DNA from: Paragordius varius
Taxonomy: Eukaryota > Animalia > Nematomorpha
Direction: 5' to 3'
Assembly: GCA_964247055.1 (NCBI GenBank)
Contig: OZ176051.1
Location: 1,302,001-1,366,000 of the forward strand
DNA length: 64,000 nucleotides
Both the position numbers and the translations under genes were made by a program. The notes beneath the pieces are model-generated. The model worked only from the letters and a program-made list of their open reading frames with translations. It was not told the DNA's origin and ran no database searches. Below, piece by piece: positions 63,844 to 64,000 of this stretch. The number at the start of each line of letters is the position of its first letter. Position 1 is the stretch's first letter.

Positions 63844-64000
63844 TTGTTTTTATCAATCAAAAGTGAGATTTGATATATATATATTGTAAAATTTTGAGAA
63901 AATTTACAGAACGGTATATTATTTTATGTTTTGTAAAATATTACTGATCAATTTTAACTCATAATCAAAATTATGAATTATATCGCACCGTAAAATTTTT

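Larger units (their letters stand above)
1..64000. repeat. Tandem array of a 9-11 kb two-gene cassette (ADAMTS on minus, unknown partner on plus); at least 7 units, open at both window ends
   Basis: The ADAMTS stop codon recurs at 236, 10459, 19425, 29131, 39730, 49854 and 60962, with the same exon order between them. Units differ by many substitutions and by independent insertions. Confidence 0.98.

Noticed and set aside
1-64000. Array as an assembly artefact of one locus
   Set aside because: Units carry many private substitutions, private stops and independent TE insertions with empty sites in sister units. Read-level confirmation of exact copy number is still needed.

Overview
Very AT-rich, intron-containing animal genomic DNA; the taxon cannot be determined from the window. 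The whole window is one tandem array of a 9-11 kb cassette: six complete units (U1-U6), the start of a seventh (U7), and the tail of a preceding unit. Each unit carries a 9-exon ADAMTS-family metalloprotease gene on the minus strand. It encodes signal peptide, M12B catalytic domain with HEIGHLLGMKHD, disintegrin-like, TSP1, Cys-rich, spacer and C-terminal TSP1 modules. Splice phases were checked by hand and give 952 aa in U6. The gene appears to lack the usual prodomain. Each unit also carries an unidentified multi-exon partner on the plus strand (Pro-rich PPPY N-terminal exons and a 184-codon terminal ORF). The partner lies head-to-head (about 330 bp) and tail-to-tail (about 50 bp) with the ADAMTS genes. 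ADAMTS U3 and U6 look intact; U5 has one homopolymer frameshift; U1, U2, U4 and U7 carry nonsense or insertion lesions. Introns hold non-autonomous transposons (Helitron, CACTA-like, two TA-TSD MITE families). Their presence/absence splits the units into two ancestral types plus one recombinant. No RNA genes or CRISPR arrays are supported.
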